Shown here: positions 62,701 to 64,000 of the stretch, piece by piece
How the letters are laid out: every line of letters starts with the position of its first letter
Position numbering within the stretch: the stretch's first letter is position 1
Origin: Felis catus
Lineage: Eukaryota
Direction: 5' to 3'
DNA: 64,000 nucleotides
Assembly: GCF_018350175.1 (NCBI RefSeq)
Contig: NC_058383.1
Coordinates: 434,001-498,000 of the forward strand
The notes under the pieces: generated by a model
What the model saw: only the letters and a program-made list of their open reading frames with translations
Told to the model about the DNA's origin: nothing
Database searches by the model: none
Made by a program: the position numbers and the translations under genes

Positions 62701-64000
62701 GCGGGCCCCTCCTTCCCTCCGCCGCCTCCCCTCCTCCCTCACCCCGTCCCCCACTTGCCTGCTCCTCCCAGCCCCCTCTTCTTGGGGAGCACGGCAAAGG
62801 CCAGCGGTCCCTCCAGGGAACTGGCCTCACTGGGCGAGGACTTTTTGAACCAGACTTCAGAGTGGAATTTTTTTCCTCTCAAAATAGAGAGGAATTGGCT
62901 GTCCAGCAGTTAAAGATAGAATCCTGCGGCAAGGCCAAGGTCTGAGCCCCTGTCCCAGCTGGCCGCAGAGAGGGGTGTGGAGGCCTGGCCCCACCGCTCA
63001 GGGGACTCAGGGGTTTGCTGTCCCAGCTGCAGCTGGCACCGAGTCAGGTGACCAGTACCCCCCACCAGCATGGGCCGGGGGACTCGAGGAGTCAGGGGGA
63101 GGGCCAGCTTGCTTCCACAGAGGTGTTACAGGGGGTTTCCTGGAGGAGAGGACCCCACGGAGGCAACAAAGTGGGCTGGGAGCAGGAAGTGGCTGGCAGC
63201 TCAGGGCCTGGAGCACAGGAGAGGGGAAGGGCAGTGGTGGGCAGGTCAGGAGAAGCCCTGAACGTCAACTCAAGGAGGTGCGCTTTGCGCGTGGGCGGGG
63301 AGGGGCCGCCAAAAGGCTTGCAGCTGGGACATGAGGGCCACTGGGCAATGATGCCTGCCCAAGGCGAAGGTAGTCCCCTGGGAGTGGGGTCCAGCCTGGG
63401 TGTAGAGCTGGGGGGCGCTGGGGGCACTGGGCACAGCTGACCAGAGCGAGGCTCCCCACACTCCGCACTCCGGATGGGGCTTCTGAAGGCAAGCTCTGGT
63501 GCATGGTGGGGCCTCCCGTCCCTGGGGTGAGGGCCACACCCACCCTGGGGCCAGGTGGCAGTCCCCGGGGCAGCTCAGGGTTGACCTTCTGACCAAGGAC
63601 AGGCTTACAGCCGCCATCCCAAGTAAGGACAGGATCTTCTCTCGGGAAGCCCGTCGCTGTGGAATGTGTGTGTGTGATAGCCCGTCCCCACCAGGGGCCC
63701 GGGTGGAGGGCGGGACACCTGTGGGCTGTGTGGCCACCTCAGCTCAGCGCTCCGATGGGCTATGCCCGTGCTGCCAGCCCGTGGGCTCGGACCCACCTCT
63801 CAGGGCCACTGCTCTCCCAGGGCCAGGCAGGGAGGTGGCCGTGCACCTGAGCCACCAGGACAGAGGCACAGGAGCGACAACGGGGAGGGGCAGGTCCGCG
63901 CCACGTGTGGTCTCAGGGCACTGGCTTCCCTTCCCACGGCGCGTCCCCCTTGGCTTGGTGGCCAGAAGCCCCCCGCGCTCCACCTTCTCTCCGAGCAGGA

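Noticed and set aside
1..64000. Assignment to a named gene or imprinted locus
   Set aside because: No recognisable exon, miRNA hairpin or H19-type CTCF repeat was found. A BLAST or liftOver would be needed.

Overview
Mammalian genomic DNA, almost certainly Felidae, since it carries 13 Can-SINEs and most are of the feliform SINEC_Fc type. It is very GC- and CpG-rich, like a subtelomeric isochore. I cannot support any protein-coding gene, RNA gene or CRISPR array. The six-frame ORFs look like GC-rich or repeat-derived noise, so the window reads as intergenic or deep-intronic. It contains young SINEs with target-site duplications (TSDs), decayed L1/L2/MIR/MLT/MER5 fossils, several minisatellites and two ~1 kb simple-repeat arrays. 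It also has a CTCF + GC-box promoter-like site near 15 kb, a few AT-rich motif-dense islands and a few unverified short exon candidates. The most notable unexplained structure is a 55-bp near-perfect inverted repeat (43140-43194 / 44348-44401) that I do not recognise as a transposon. Also notable are two head-to-head inverted SINE pairs and a strongly one-directional AT-to-GC erosion of old repeats. I found no convincing new biological system and could not identify the locus. Repeat subfamily names come from remembered consensus sequences, and old-repeat boundaries are approximate.
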